From: Nitrospira sp.
Lineage (GTDB): Bacteria; Nitrospirota; Nitrospiria; Nitrospirales; Nitrospiraceae
Direction: 5' to 3'
Length of the DNA: 64,000 nt
Assembly (NCBI GenBank): GCA_047150005.1
Contig: AP038806.1
Span: forward strand, 352,001-416,000
Shown here: positions 1 to 9,657 of the stretch, piece by piece
Layout: every line of letters begins with the position of its first letter
How positions within the stretch are numbered: the first letter of the stretch is position 1
The notes under the pieces: generated by a model
What the model was told of the DNA's origin: nothing
Database searches by the model: none
The model's input: the letters and a program-made list of their open reading frames with translations, nothing else
Position numbers and translations under genes: made by a program

Positions 1-488
1 GGTGTCCAGCGGTACTCGAATCGAATCCATGCTGCTACTGTGATAAAGAACAACCCCACGCCAAACATGTAGTTTACAAATCCGTAAGACATAGTGAAGT
101 TATATGTAAAGAAAGTAGCCGCCAACGCGCTCCAGTTCGAATGAGCCTGAACGGCACTGCCTAGCAAGTGGATTCCAATGCCAAACGTCAGAATAATGAG
201 TGACAGGAAAACCTTACTCGATGTCTCTAAACTCATGCCGAACATCAGATTTGGCACAATGAGATCCATGGCCAGGTTGGGAAGAATGCGGCCATCACGC
301 TCATATGTAGCTTGGTACGACGCGCTCTCGTTATACGCATGAAGTATGAAGCTCCGCGCCAAATGATTGGGGTAATCATGCATGGCGGGATATGGAGTCA
401 GCCAAATGGGGCAAAGCTGAAGGAAAATGAGAATTGCAAACGCGAGGAAATACGTTCGGTTTTCTTTCATGTTGATGGAATCAATCAT
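1..488 (-). CDS. Integral membrane protein, putative GT-C-like glycosyltransferase (3' end runs off the window)
   Basis: Not in the ORF track; translated by hand on the minus strand: MIDSINMKENRTYFLAFAILIFLQLCPIWLTPYPAMHDYPNHLARSFIL...ILPNLAMDLIVP...YGFVNYMFGVGLFF. The first TM helix is followed by an Asp-containing loop (DYPNHLAR), then more TM segments. Alternative start at 470. Confidence 0.7.
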   Translation of the reverse strand, partial: MIDSINMKENRTYFLAFAILIFLQLCPIWLTPYPAMHDYPNHLARSFILHAYNESASYQATYERDGRILPNLAMDLIVPNLMFGMSLETSSKVFLSLIILTFGIGIHLLGSAVQAHSNWSALAATFFTYNFTMSYGFVNYMFGVGLFFITVAAWIRFEYRWT

Positions 489-585
489 TTGCAATCAAAA
501 GGGAGGGCGGAAAATCCAGTCGGCCGATCAATAGGACAGAAGTTTCCAGCCAACACGCCACATTCTTTATTCTCTCATCAGTTTT

Positions 586-1911
586 TCAAGGTTCAGCTTG
601 CCCTATTCTGACTCTGACAGCGCCTGCAAGGTGATCGAGCAGATGGACCAATCCGACAGCACCAAACATCATCACGAGAGGAATTATAGGGAGTGTGTAG
701 CGGAACAAAGGGAAGGTAAGCCAATGTAAAATGACGAAATAGCCGATAAGAAGGAGGGGCAGGATCGACCACCTCACACGATGGGTCCAAGCAACCCCAG
801 CTCCGAGAATCGCCAAGCAATACAATGGAATATTTGCGCCCAGAACAATCCTGTGATTGGCCCCCGACTCTGTCGCGAACCAGACTCGGCTCAGTTTCTT
901 AAGCATAAAAATACCGAAACCAACCGGATCTTTCGCGAGCATATCCTTGTGGGTCTGGATTGCGATCCTGAACAAATACTTGTCCTTCTCCTTGAAGCTG
1001 CTCCCGCTTGGAGGAGCAGGGAGACCTCTCTCCGCCATTCTTGAATACAGCCTTGGCAGCTCAGGGACTCTTTCGTCTATCGTCCACAGCTTCTCGGAAG
1101 ACCCCCAGAGGAAGACGCCTGCGGCTCTGGCGACCGGAATGAAGTCATCCAATACCACCATATTTCGGATTCCCCAAGGCAGGATTACAAGCGTGAATCC
1201 CGCAATGAGAACCGCACAGTCAAGCAACCACCGTTTGGCAGCCGGCCGTCCGATGAACCACAACAATGGAAATACCAAAGGCAGAAACTGCGTCGTACCT
1301 CTCGTGAGGGTCGCGAGGCCGAGCAGGATACCGGTCCAAGCAAACGCGGCCCATTTCTGACTCTGCATCGCGCGAATCGCCGACAGGATGAATGCGGACA
1401 AGAGGAAGGTAAACAAGGTTTCCGTTCCGACATAGAGGGTGGCATAAATTGCGAATGGATAGACTCCCCACATGGCGCTTGCAAGAATTCCTGCCTTCCA
1501 ACCGAAGATTACTTGAGCGATTCGATAAAGGAGGAACACCGTGCAGGTATCGAGAACAATCTGCAGGATAATGACAGGAACTTGATCGGAACCGAGGATT
1601 AGCAGAAACCCGGCGATTACGACCGCATAAATGGGAGGCGTGAACACAGGATACTCCGGATCCGCAAAACCCTTTCCATTCACAAGTTTGTCAGCCCCCC
1701 CTAGGTAGGCAAGGCTGGCATTCGTTGAAAGGTCAGGAGGAGGAACGACAATCCACGAGACGATTCTGACCGCAAACGAGACGACCAGAATGATTGCCAG
1801 GAGCTTATGAATCTTTATTCCGTCGATTGTCTGTCTCACAGCATACCCATAAGGTCCGACCTGATTGTTAGACGAGCGGTACAGTGTGTCGCGCGTTGAG
1901 AGATTCGACAA
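586..1911 (-). CDS. ArnT/PMT-like (GT-C, family 39/83-like) membrane glycosyltransferase
   Basis: 441 aa with many TM helices and motifs PPIY, ETLFTFL, LGLATLTR, PWGIRN, RYTLP. True start may be downstream of the TTG. Confidence 0.75.
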   Translation of the reverse strand: MSNLSTRDTLYRSSNNQVGPYGYAVRQTIDGIKIHKLLAIILVVSFAVRIVSWIVVPPPDLSTNASLAYLGGADKLVNGKGFADPEYPVFTPPIYAVVIAGFLLILGSDQVPVIILQIVLDTCTVFLLYRIAQVIFGWKAGILASAMWGVYPFAIYATLYVGTETLFTFLLSAFILSAIRAMQSQKWAAFAWTGILLGLATLTRGTTQFLPLVFPLLWFIGRPAAKRWLLDCAVLIAGFTLVILPWGIRNMVVLDDFIPVARAAGVFLWGSSEKLWTIDERVPELPRLYSRMAERGLPAPPSGSSFKEKDKYLFRIAIQTHKDMLAKDPVGFGIFMLKKLSRVWFATESGANHRIVLGANIPLYCLAILGAGVAWTHRVRWSILPLLLIGYFVILHWLTFPLFRYTLPIIPLVMMFGAVGLVHLLDHLAGAVRVRIGQAEP

Positions 1912-1920
1912 GGGGTGATG

Positions 1921-3822
1921 TTATGTAGACTTCATGTACATCTGTCGCCAGGCCATAAGAACGAGCAGGGTCCAGATCCTGGTTTCATGGTTGCGCATGG
2001 ATCGTTCGTGTTCATCGATCAGCTTGTCGACAGCCCTTGCATTGAAGAATCCGCATTCTCTTACATTGGCCGGATCCAAGTAATTCCGGACCAGATCTCG
2101 CAATGGCCCACGCAGCCATTGACCGAGGGGAATTGAGAACCCTTGTTTCCGTCGGTTGAGAATTGAATTCGGGAGGAGACCTGTCAGCGATTTGATCAGA
2201 ATATGTTTTTTCTCCCAGCCTTTCAATTTGTATTTCGACGGAATCGCGGCCGCAAACTCAACCACTTTGTGATCGAGAAAAGGAACCCGCACTTCGAGCG
2301 AATGCCACATGCTCAAGCGGTCCGTCTTGCGCAGTTCGTCGTCGGGAAGGTACGTCTCCATATCCGCCAGCAACATCCAATCAAGCAGATCTCCACAGGC
2401 TGTGGTTCGTTCCATCGCATTCGGGGTGGAGTAATTATCCGAGGCCTTGAGCGATTCCAATACTTCCTGGCTGAGCAACCCTGTTTTCTCTCGTTCATCG
2501 AAGGCAGAGAGATAGCGCTGATACCGCTGGGGCAATGGAAGATCGGCCGCTTCGGCGAACCGCTTGACACGATCAACCCATGGACCGGCGGCTGAGATTT
2601 CCGGCAGTCGATGAATCAGCCTGTCAAGAACCGCCCGACGCAGCGCCTTGGGTATTCTTCGATACTGTTCCGCAGCCAATGCGCCACGATAGCGTTCGTA
2701 TCCGGCAAAAAGCTCATCGCCGCCGGTCCCGGACAGAGCAACGGTGACATACTTCCTGGCGGCCATTGAGATCATGTAATTCGGGATCACCGAAGAGTCT
2801 GCGAACGGCTCGTCGAATGACTGAATGATCGCGGGAAGCATTTCCTCGATCTGGGTTTGAGGATCTTCATAGAGGTATTCGGAGTGATCCGTTGCGTACC
2901 GGTCTGCCACCGCTCGTGCAAATGGCCTCTCATCCTTGCCGGCCTGTCCATCCTCGAAACCGATCGTGAAAGTCTTTACTTTTCCCTGCCCTGCTCTCGC
3001 CATCAGAGCGACGATGGCGCTGGAGTCGATACCTCCGCTCAAGAAGGCCCCAAGCGGAACTTCACTCACGAGGTGTAGCCGTACCGCTTCTTCGAGATGA
3101 TGAAGGAGACCTTCTGCATAATACTCGATCGGCTTCTCACTCTCGCTGCCGGGCTTTAGCTGCCAGTACCGGCGAAGATGGAACGTCCCGCTATTCCAGA
3201 TACCGACATGGCCGGGGGGAATTTCATGAATGTCTTGGTAGATGGTATGTGGGCCAGGTACATACTTAAGCGTGAGGTAATCAGAGAGCGCGCGGAGATT
3301 GATCTGTCGCTGAAAGTTCTCGATGGCAAGAAGACACTTCAGTTCACTACCAAAGTGAAGAGCCTCTTTCTGTTTCGAGTAGTATAATGGCTTGATCCCA
3401 AGTCGGTCTCGGCCAAGAAGAAGCTTCTTGTGGCGATCATCCCAAATCGCGAAAGCGAACATGCCCCGTAGGTGATCAAGAAAGCCTTCCCCGTATTCCT
3501 CGTAGAGATGGACCAGACATTCCGTATCGGAAGACGTGGCTAAGCGATGCCCTTGTTTCTCAAGCTGTTCTCTGAGCTCCCGATAGTTGTAGATCTCCCC
3601 GTTGAAAACCACCCATACCGTCCGATCCTCATTGTGGATCGGCTGCTTTCCGGAATGCACATCGATAATTGCCAGCCTTCGCATGCCCAGGCCCACGCGG
3701 TCGCCGAAATAGAATCCATCGTCATCAGGACCTCGCCTGGTAATGAGGGCGCACATCCGCCTCACCAGCGGTTGGTCGTCAAATCCCGGCTCTGCATGAG
3801 CCACTCCAACAATGCCACACAT
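1921..3822 (-). CDS. asnB: Asparagine synthase (glutamine-hydrolysing)-like amidotransferase
   Basis: Ntn N-terminus MCGIVG (start reassigned to 3822); RRGPD, RRLAIID, FNGEIYN, LSGGIDSS, SGTGGDELFAGY, EVRVPFLD. Confidence 0.95.
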   Translation of the reverse strand: MCGIVGVAHAEPGFDDQPLVRRMCALITRRGPDDDGFYFGDRVGLGMRRLAIIDVHSGKQPIHNEDRTVWVVFNGEIYNYRELREQLEKQGHRLATSSDTECLVHLYEEYGEGFLDHLRGMFAFAIWDDRHKKLLLGRDRLGIKPLYYSKQKEALHFGSELKCLLAIENFQRQINLRALSDYLTLKYVPGPHTIYQDIHEIPPGHVGIWNSGTFHLRRYWQLKPGSESEKPIEYYAEGLLHHLEEAVRLHLVSEVPLGAFLSGGIDSSAIVALMARAGQGKVKTFTIGFEDGQAGKDERPFARAVADRYATDHSEYLYEDPQTQIEEMLPAIIQSFDEPFADSSVIPNYMISMAARKYVTVALSGTGGDELFAGYERYRGALAAEQYRRIPKALRRAVLDRLIHRLPEISAAGPWVDRVKRFAEAADLPLPQRYQRYLSAFDEREKTGLLSQEVLESLKASDNYSTPNAMERTTACGDLLDWMLLADMETYLPDDELRKTDRLSMWHSLEVRVPFLDHKVVEFAAAIPSKYKLKGWEKKHILIKSLTGLLPNSILNRRKQGFSIPLGQWLRGPLRDLVRNYLDPANVRECGFFNARAVDKLIDEHERSMRNHETRIWTLLVLMAWRQMYMKST

Positions 3823-3833
3823 TGAGCTATACC

Positions 3834-5051
3834 TCAGCGATTCAGATTCTGTGACGACGTCGACACACGGGACATTCGCCCCCATTGCCGCCGACCATAC
3901 CCAAGTAATCCCATCAACTCGATGACAAGACGCCATGGCAAGAACAGGGGAACAAGTAGCAATCCGACCAATGCTCGTATCGGAGCATCCGTAGAAATCA
4001 CTCCCATAAGAAAATATCCGGCAATCGCAGTAAACACCCCCATGGTCCAATACAGCATAAAGTTCCAAGCCTGACTATCGGAAATGATCCAACCACCGGC
4101 GAGACAGAGAATCGCCAGAGATGCTTGGCTGGAATAGTTCGGCGCGACAAGTGTCGCAGCCGAATCAATCAAAGAAAAGGACCTTGTCAGTATCCCCTTT
4201 CTGATCATCGCCAACACTTTTTCACCCATCACGGCATAGCGACCGCTGGCCCATCTCAGGCGTTGCTGGGAAGCCTGTTTGAGACTATGCGACTCCTTCG
4301 CGAATGTCTTTGCGGATGGATTAAAATAGATGTGCGCTCCGCTTAGCAGAAGCTCTACCGAGAATTCCCAATCTTCACCGACCGAGAAAGCAGTCCATCC
4401 ATGGCGATCTAATACCCCCGTGCCGAGGCACATCCCGGTTCCCGTCAGCATCCCGGGAAGACCCAGCACCGTTTTACCCGCATAGTATCGGCCGTTCCGC
4501 AACACACCGGTCACGGCTATAATTCTTGTAAAGGGGCTCGCCCACGGATTGGAAATGTAATTATAGCCTTGTTGGACATGGTAACCGGCCTGAAATTGCA
4601 CATTGACCGCGGAAAGCAGCTCACGATCGACAACCGTGTCCGCATCGACTATCACAATGGCGTCGAATGCCATCTGTGTGCTTCTCGCCTGCTGAATGCC
4701 CCAGGCCAAGGCAGCTCCCTTCCCCGGTTGTCCTTCACATCGCTCAAAACATTCCGCCGTCATGTTCCTGGCGACGGCTGCCGTTCCGTCATGGCACCGA
4801 TCCGCAATCACGAGGACCCTGTACTTATCGCGAGGATAGTCGAGACGCTGCAGACTCTCCAAGGTGCTTGCTATCCCCGCCTCTTCGTCATGTGCTGGGA
4901 TCATGACAAGGAACCGGGCCTGCTCTGTACTGGCCGGAGTCACGGGAGCCCGATAGAAGCACGAGCACAATGCCAGAATCCACTGATACGCGACCAACAA
5001 CGTGAGCGGGATTAGAATCAGAAAGAGGGGTACTCCAATGAGCGTATTCAT
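3834..5051 (-). CDS. GT2 family glycosyltransferase with TM helices
   Basis: IPAHDEE, GKGAAL, DADT, GED, QQRLRW (QxxRW) motifs. Confidence 0.9.
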   Translation of the reverse strand: MNTLIGVPLFLILIPLTLLVAYQWILALCSCFYRAPVTPASTEQARFLVMIPAHDEEAGIASTLESLQRLDYPRDKYRVLVIADRCHDGTAAVARNMTAECFERCEGQPGKGAALAWGIQQARSTQMAFDAIVIVDADTVVDRELLSAVNVQFQAGYHVQQGYNYISNPWASPFTRIIAVTGVLRNGRYYAGKTVLGLPGMLTGTGMCLGTGVLDRHGWTAFSVGEDWEFSVELLLSGAHIYFNPSAKTFAKESHSLKQASQQRLRWASGRYAVMGEKVLAMIRKGILTRSFSLIDSAATLVAPNYSSQASLAILCLAGGWIISDSQAWNFMLYWTMGVFTAIAGYFLMGVISTDAPIRALVGLLLVPLFLPWRLVIELMGLLGYGRRQWGRMSRVSTSSQNLNR

Positions 5052-5066
5052 AAGATCGCGCAGGGG

Positions 5067-7088
5067 TTACGTACCGAGGAATTTGTGCGCGGGATTATCG
5101 ACGTCCTTTGCCAACAGAGCAACCGCTGAAGTGTCATACGGCAACACGCGGAAGACCTTGGCCACGTTGATCGGGGGCTTGCATGGACGAAGCATCTTTT
5201 GCAGCAGCGTGGCACACCAGGAAAGCGGCACCAACAGGACAGTCGGGAGCCAGAGGACTGTGAGATCGGGATTATTCTTTCGCAGATGATCCAGAAGTTC
5301 GCGCTTGGTCGGCAGCACCGGATCAAGCAGATTCAAAGGACTCGGTACGCTGTCCCAAGTATCTGTCATCCAGGCTAGGAACCGACCGGCAAACCTCACG
5401 TCGACAACTCCAAGCCTATCATATGATGAGCCGACAGCCACAAAGAAATTCCCCAGCCTTTTCCCGAGACGGCCGGGAGGATCGAATTCACCGTAGTCCA
5501 CCAACGCCCCCGGACGTATGACTTTGACCGACAGACCGAGTTCGACTCCCAAATCGACCGCGCGCCGTTCCGACTCCAACTTCCCCCACACATAGGGTCC
5601 CGATCCTTTGCTATTGGACTCCAACGGATGGTGGTTCCCGATTGGTCTCCCCTTCGCTTGAGCCAGCACGGCGAGACTGCTCACATGGATGAAATGCGTG
5701 ATGCCGGAGGCCGCCGCCCCCCTGACCATGTGAATCGTGGCATCGAGCGAGTTACGTTGATGCTCGTCCCATCCGCCCGCGGTCTCGGCTGCCGCATGGA
5801 TGACTGTATCGATGCCTTTGAATAGAGATGCATCAGCCCCAGCGGCAATATCTCTCGTGACATATTCCACCCCGGCGATGCGCTCCCATGGGGACGGCTC
5901 GCGACGAGCCACGACGCGCACGCCACGACCGCGTGAGATCAGTGCTCGGACAATTTCTTTCCCCAGCAGACCTGTTCCCCCCGTGACGAGCACGCCTCGA
6001 TAATCCACCGATCCCGGCGCCGCGGCTGCCAGAGCCTTGGCCTCAGCGGCCTTCAGAACATCGGCAACCTGTTGGCAAATCCCCACGGTATCCAGCAGGC
6101 TTTCGGGAGAAAGCGGAGGAGAGCTATTCGTGCGGATAGAATTGTAAAAAGCCGAGAAGAGTTCCATTAGACCGGGGTAATTGCGCTGGCTGTTGAGAAC
6201 GCGGCGCGCCATTGCTGATGTCGTGCTCGACAGCAGCTGCCACGCCTGCCGATAAGGGGCCAATAATTTGTCGATGCCGGATGAACCAGGTCCAATGTGC
6301 CGCTGAGTCGTGCTTCGAACATAATCGGCGAAAAGTGCTCCGTTCTTCCCGACCACCCGCAGATAACTTTCCACAGGACGCCCCTCGAGCGTCACGACCA
6401 ACGTTCCGGTAACGCCTCCACGGCGCAGGAGCGCATGGACTGTTCCTGCATTGTTGAACTCCAGCGATACAAGCTCGGTGCGCCCTTCCGCTGCTTGTTC
6501 TAGAATATGCAACAGTAGGTAGACCGGATGGGGAATAATATCAAGCATTTGATGATCGGCCCGGAGCACCCTTCGTCCACCAGGTGCATGTCGGGTGGTG
6601 CGGAAGGAGAAATAACTCTCTACATGAACCACAGAGCCGATCGACGTCAGGTATTGCTTCAGCACCCTGGTTGGCGACTCGTAAAGCAACTGGTGACCGG
6701 CACAGACCAGCAGATTCCTGTCGCGAGCTTCCTTCAGGATACGCTCCGCGTCTTCCACTCGCTCGGTAAAGGGCTTTTCAACGTAGATATGGCATCCGGC
6801 TTTCAATGCCGCTGATGCCAACAAGGCATGGGAAGCCGGGGGCGTACAGATGTGGATGACATCGGGCCTTTCGGCGGTAAGAAGGTCTTCAGGACTGCTG
6901 TAATGTTTAGCCCTGGGCGCGACCTTCTTCATGGCCACCTGAGCCGCATCGGAGGGATCCGCCACAGCAACAAGATCCGCGCCGGAGCATCTGAGAATCG
7001 CACGAGCATGGTGCTGAGCGTGCCGGCCAGCACCGATGAGCGCGATCCTTAACGAACGGGTAGATGACTGTTCGTCGCCGATGTTCAT
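5067..7088 (-). CDS. Gfo/Idh/MocA oxidoreductase fused to an NAD-dependent epimerase/dehydratase (SDR)
   Basis: N-terminal IGAGRHA...HIYVEKPF; C-terminal VTGGTGLLG, HVSS and YVWGK (YxxxK). Confidence 0.85.
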   Translation of the reverse strand: MNIGDEQSSTRSLRIALIGAGRHAQHHARAILRCSGADLVAVADPSDAAQVAMKKVAPRAKHYSSPEDLLTAERPDVIHICTPPASHALLASAALKAGCHIYVEKPFTERVEDAERILKEARDRNLLVCAGHQLLYESPTRVLKQYLTSIGSVVHVESYFSFRTTRHAPGGRRVLRADHQMLDIIPHPVYLLLHILEQAAEGRTELVSLEFNNAGTVHALLRRGGVTGTLVVTLEGRPVESYLRVVGKNGALFADYVRSTTQRHIGPGSSGIDKLLAPYRQAWQLLSSTTSAMARRVLNSQRNYPGLMELFSAFYNSIRTNSSPPLSPESLLDTVGICQQVADVLKAAEAKALAAAAPGSVDYRGVLVTGGTGLLGKEIVRALISRGRGVRVVARREPSPWERIAGVEYVTRDIAAGADASLFKGIDTVIHAAAETAGGWDEHQRNSLDATIHMVRGAAASGITHFIHVSSLAVLAQAKGRPIGNHHPLESNSKGSGPYVWGKLESERRAVDLGVELGLSVKVIRPGALVDYGEFDPPGRLGKRLGNFFVAVGSSYDRLGVVDVRFAGRFLAWMTDTWDSVPSPLNLLDPVLPTKRELLDHLRKNNPDLTVLWLPTVLLVPLSWCATLLQKMLRPCKPPINVAKVFRVLPYDTSAVALLAKDVDNPAHKFLGT

Positions 7089-8242
7089 TCGTCGCTCTCC
7101 GCTGCGACAAGTTCTCTATAGAGCAGTGAAACCTGATGAGCCATATCCTCTGCTGAGAACTCACGCTCAACCCGCTTTCTTGCAGACTCGCCCATCGTCT
7201 TGACTAATTCCGGGGACCTGATCAGCTGCACGCATTTTGTCGCAAGAGCATCCACGTCCTTCGGCTCGACCAGAAAACCCTCGACTCCATCCTCAATGAC
7301 TTCCGGAACTCCTCCGACGCGGCTGGCCACGATGGCGCGAGAGGCCGACATCGCTTCGAGAAGCGCCATAGGAATCCCTTCGCTCAGTGATGGAAGCATA
7401 AAAACATCCAGTGCCGACATCAATTGCTGACAGTCCTCCCGATGTCCGAGAAAAACTACGCTCCGAGAAATTCCCAATGCCCGGGCTTCCTCTTTAAGCT
7501 CCTTGCGAATATTGCCGTCTCCCACGATGAGCACTTTGCAATTCGGCTCCGAGCGCAAGAACAGTTTCGCTGCTCGCAAGAGATACTCCAATCCTTTTAC
7601 AGGCGTCAGCCGGCCGACCGCCCCGATCAGCCAAGTTCCATTGTCTATGCCGAGGTCGGCTCGCATAAGCCGCCGCTCCTCCTGCGTTGGCACAGCCCTG
7701 AGGTCTATTCCATTTCGAATGCATACGACCCTTTCAACATCTTTCTGCTTCTTGAGGTGTCCTTGAATTGTTTCCGAGACGGGAATGAGGACATCGACGC
7801 AACGGCGATGGACACTCCGCTCAAGGGATTCATAGAGATACATCTTTAAGGCATTGAAACCGACAAACGGTTCGGTGAGGCCGTGCACCGTTCGCATGAC
7901 AGTGCGAACACCGGCCAGCTTCGCGGCAGGGGCTGCGAGAATCGTGTCTTTGTATTTGTGCGTATGCAGGAGCTGGGTATTCGATCGCCTGAATTCACGG
8001 ACCAGTTCGCGAAAGATTCTCGGCGATCCCCACAGATGCTCCGGAAACACCTTCGTAGGGATACCGAGACCGCTGATTTCCTTTTCCAGCCTTCCTTCAT
8101 TGAAAAGGATCACGGCAAGGCTCAGATCCGGTTTGTGCAGCAGCTTGGATAGTAGGACCTTGAGCTGCACCTCTGCCCCGGCCCATAAATCCGCGACCGC
8201 CACATGGCAGACTCTGATAACGCCGTTTTCGTTACGAACCAT
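7085..8242 (-). CDS. GT4 family glycosyltransferase
   Basis: GAE, GRLTPVKG, LPSLSEGIPMALLEAM. Start moved to ATG 8242 to remove the overlap with the MBOAT gene. Confidence 0.92.
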   Translation of the reverse strand: MVRNENGVIRVCHVAVADLWAGAEVQLKVLLSKLLHKPDLSLAVILFNEGRLEKEISGLGIPTKVFPEHLWGSPRIFRELVREFRRSNTQLLHTHKYKDTILAAPAAKLAGVRTVMRTVHGLTEPFVGFNALKMYLYESLERSVHRRCVDVLIPVSETIQGHLKKQKDVERVVCIRNGIDLRAVPTQEERRLMRADLGIDNGTWLIGAVGRLTPVKGLEYLLRAAKLFLRSEPNCKVLIVGDGNIRKELKEEARALGISRSVVFLGHREDCQQLMSALDVFMLPSLSEGIPMALLEAMSASRAIVASRVGGVPEVIEDGVEGFLVEPKDVDALATKCVQLIRSPELVKTMGESARKRVEREFSAEDMAHQVSLLYRELVAAESDE

Positions 8243-8256
8243 CCTGTTTCTATCGT

Positions 8257-9657
8257 TCAGAATTGAAAATAGATAAACGCCGGAGATTCCAGAGTGAACC
8301 CGCAAAACAGAACCAATAGCATGGCATAGGCACTGGCCTGAACTGGAACGGGAAGTCTTAAGAATTGTGATTCCACTTTCTGGACCCTCTCGATCGGAAC
8401 TATATGAAGCAGAATTGCCAGCCCAAGGATCGCATAAAATATCCCATGAAACTGAGTTCCCCACCCATTTCTCAGAACGCTTTCAATATAGCGCACTAGC
8501 TCGGATAGATCTTGAACTCTGAACAAGAGCCATCCAAAAACAATCAAATGAAAACAAATCAGCTGCTTGCGTACGGTAATCCACCAACGGCTGAGAGTGG
8601 GTCCCCCCCCCTTGTCTCTCCATAAGATCAACAAGAATCCATGGTAGGCACCCCACACAATGAAATGCAGGGCCGCACCATGCCAGAGACCGCCCAGCAA
8701 CATCGTAATCATCAGATTCACGCGCGCGCGCCATGGTGTCCCCCGATTACCTCCAAGACTTATATAGAGGTAGTCCCTTAGCCACGTTGAGAGCGATATA
8801 TGCCATCTGGTCCAGAATTCTCTTACACTTTGAGACAGGTATGGTCTGTCAAAATTTTTCGGGAGGTCGAACCCGAGAATTCTAGCGAGTCCGATTGCAA
8901 TGTCACTATAACCTGAAAAGTCATTGTAAATCTGAAAGGCATATGCATAGAGAGCGATGATAAGATCCCAAGAAGAGAACGCTGCCGGATTCGCAAATAC
9001 CTTATCGACTGCGAGTAGCCCCAAGAGGTCGGCAATGACAATCTTCTTGAACAATCCTCTGAATACCAGCAAAAACCCATCTTGTACACGTTCTGGCGTG
9101 ACAAGCGGGAGACGGTGAAGCTGAGGGAGAAATTGCTTCGCACGGACGATAGGTCCGGCAACCAGTTGGGGGAAAAACGCCACGAACACCGCGAACTTCA
9201 AAAAGTCTCTCTCAAGGACCTTTTCTCCGCGATACAAATCAATGGTGTAGCTCATCGTCTGAAAGGTATAGAAGGAGATGCCGACGGGCAGCAACAACTC
9301 GTGCTTAAGAAATGAAATATCCAACCCAAGAAAGATCATGGTCGGCCCCGCCAGCTCAACGAAGAAGTTGTAATATTTGAATACACACAACATGCCGAGA
9401 TTCGAACAGAGACTCGCGATTAGGATCGCCCTTCTCACGTTGGGCCGCGACTCTTGTACTATCAGGCGTCCAACCGTATAGTCGACAACAGTGGACAGTG
9501 CTAGAAGTCCTGCGTACCGCCAATTCCAGGACATGTAGAACAGATAGCTCGAGACCAGGAGCGCCAACTCCCGCCAGCGCTCGCGATCAAAGGCAACTAT
9601 GTAGGCCATGAAGACCAGTGGGAAGAAGAACAGGAATTCTGCGGAATTAAAGGTCAT
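8257..9657 (-). CDS. algI: MBOAT O-acyltransferase, AlgI/PatA type
   Basis: MTFNS, LPVGISFYTFQ, FPQLVAGPI, DFSGYSDIAIG, FWTRWHISLS, GLWHGA (catalytic His), C-terminal FIYFQF. Confidence 0.93.
   Translation of the reverse strand: MTFNSAEFLFFFPLVFMAYIVAFDRERWRELALLVSSYLFYMSWNWRYAGLLALSTVVDYTVGRLIVQESRPNVRRAILIASLCSNLGMLCVFKYYNFFVELAGPTMIFLGLDISFLKHELLLPVGISFYTFQTMSYTIDLYRGEKVLERDFLKFAVFVAFFPQLVAGPIVRAKQFLPQLHRLPLVTPERVQDGFLLVFRGLFKKIVIADLLGLLAVDKVFANPAAFSSWDLIIALYAYAFQIYNDFSGYSDIAIGLARILGFDLPKNFDRPYLSQSVREFWTRWHISLSTWLRDYLYISLGGNRGTPWRARVNLMITMLLGGLWHGAALHFIVWGAYHGFLLILWRDKGGGPTLSRWWITVRKQLICFHLIVFGWLLFRVQDLSELVRYIESVLRNGWGTQFHGIFYAILGLAILLHIVPIERVQKVESQFLRLPVPVQASAYAMLLVLFCGFTLESPAFIYFQF

Noticed and set aside
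3823..4068. Long N-terminal ORF-track extensions (asnB; likewise 7085, 13348, 22611, 34292, 39774 ORFs)
   Set aside because: They overlap upstream genes and precede the family-typical N-termini, so starts were reassigned.
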